Below are positions 62,881 through 64,000 of a stretch of DNA of 64,000 bases, piece by piece; the first letter of the stretch is position 1; the number at the start of each line of letters is the position of its first letter. Below the pieces are notes generated by a model that did not search any database, was not told the DNA's origin, and saw only the letters and a program-made list of their open reading frames with translations. Origin of the DNA: Camelus ferus (taxonomy: Eukaryota); NCBI RefSeq assembly GCF_009834535.1, contig NC_045696.1, positions 93,312,001 through 93,376,000 of the forward strand, in the 5' to 3' direction. Made by a program: the position numbers and the translations under genes.

Positions 62881-63544
62881 GTTTCCTTCTTTTTCTCCCA
62901 GATACATGCATCAGTAATTTTGTAAAGCGAAAAACAGAAGAAGATGATGATGATGGAGAAGAAGAAGAGGAAGGAGGAGGAGGAGAAAGGAATATGGATT
63001 GTAACTTCAATAAACCAATCAATTACCTAGTAAAGAGCACATGACTTTTCAATCATTTATTTTTCCAACCTGGACAATGATGTTTTCTATATCAAATTTT
63101 CTTTCTGTTATGTTTTTTAAATTGGTCTTGCTTTTCTAATCAAGGCTACTCTTAGGCATTTTTGTTGTTGTTGTTGTTGTGAATTATATTGTCATTTGAT
63201 TTTTCCTATTATTTTTATTGTTGTGAATCATATAGTCATTTGATTTTCCTATTATTATTGGTGCATGGGACTCCTATTCACTGAGTATATATTCTGTATT
63301 GAGGCACTTCAAGAAATTATTTACTATAATTTTTAAGGAATCCTTTGTTCTGTTCTTTATCCTTATGTATAGTCAGAGTTTCATAAACAGCAGTAAAATA
63401 ATACTGGGTGATAGTAAGCTTTTTTATTTCTTTGCAATTTTTAGGGCATTCCACCAAAATTTTTATTTCATTACTGGTATTTGCTCTTATCCACTTGACA
63501 TCTTGAGCTTCTCTGTGGCATTTCCGTTAATGACTTATTCTCCA

Positions 63545-63752
63545 GAGTCTGAGTTTCTCAACAGAGCACTATAGGCATTTTGGATAGATTATTTATTGTG
63601 CTGGACTGTTCCACACACAGCAAGACATCCCTGTTTCCCAATACAAAATAATAGTAGTGCCCCTCTGATAATGGCACAATCTCAAAAGTTTTCACTGTCT
63701 CCCCATCTGTCTCCCAAAGGGGTAGTACCATCCCTTTTGAAAATACCTACTT
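63545..63752. mobile_element. MER20-family hAT MITE
   Basis: 'gtttctcaacagagcactataggcattttggatagatta...ggactgttccacacacagcaagacatccctg...gtaccatcccttttgaaaatacc'. Confidence 0.7.
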
Positions 63753-64000
63753 TCGAAAATGTAAAAAAGTCAATCAACATCTTGGCCTGGGAAAGAATTC
63801 TCCTACAGTGGCATCCCTGCATGGTGTGGAGGGCTACTAGATCTTGAAGCAATAGGAAATATTCTGAGGTTTATTATTCCACTAACAGGATATTGAAAGT
63901 TCTGATATCCAGATTTTCAATTTTTCGAAAACTGAAAAGACAATGAACCCTTAGGGAAGTACCTTTGTCTAGACACATCATCCTGCACTAACTGTCAGCA

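Noticed and set aside
424..63847. Short ORFs (60-150 aa) of the six-frame track as protein-coding genes
   Set aside because: Many begin at non-ATG codons, overlap decayed repeats or microsatellites, and resemble no protein I know. The only recognisable ones are L1 ORF1/ORF2 remnants.
1..64000. CRISPR array, tRNA/rRNA genes or prokaryote-type systems
   Set aside because: The DNA is mammalian. I saw no regularly spaced repeat-spacer array and no intact structural RNA gene.

Overview
AT-rich, CpG-depleted placental-mammal genomic DNA that looks intergenic or deep-intronic. The L1 3' ends are of cetartiodactyl type, and I saw no Alu, B1, Bov-tA/BovB, CHR, PRE-1 or Can-SINE. One short L1 tail resembles camelid L1, so a camelid host is an inference only. 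Much of the window is decayed transposons: L1, L2, MIR, MaLR/ERV LTRs, hAT and Tigger MITEs, plus microsatellites. I found no recognisable cellular protein-coding gene, tRNA/rRNA or CpG island. The only ORF-track entries I recognise are L1 ORF1/ORF2 remnants. I found no convincing new biological system. The best leads are: (i) three short (about 43-85 bp) non-tandem paired duplications spaced 1.3-1.8 kb apart, two of them in or next to L1 copies; (ii) a 5'-complete 4 kb L1 missing its endonuclease and most of its RT domain; (iii) a twin-primed, 5'-inverted L1 with a clear TSD; (iv) three phase-compatible candidate mini-exons on the + strand. Repeat family names were assigned by eye from remembered consensus motifs, and boundaries are approximate.
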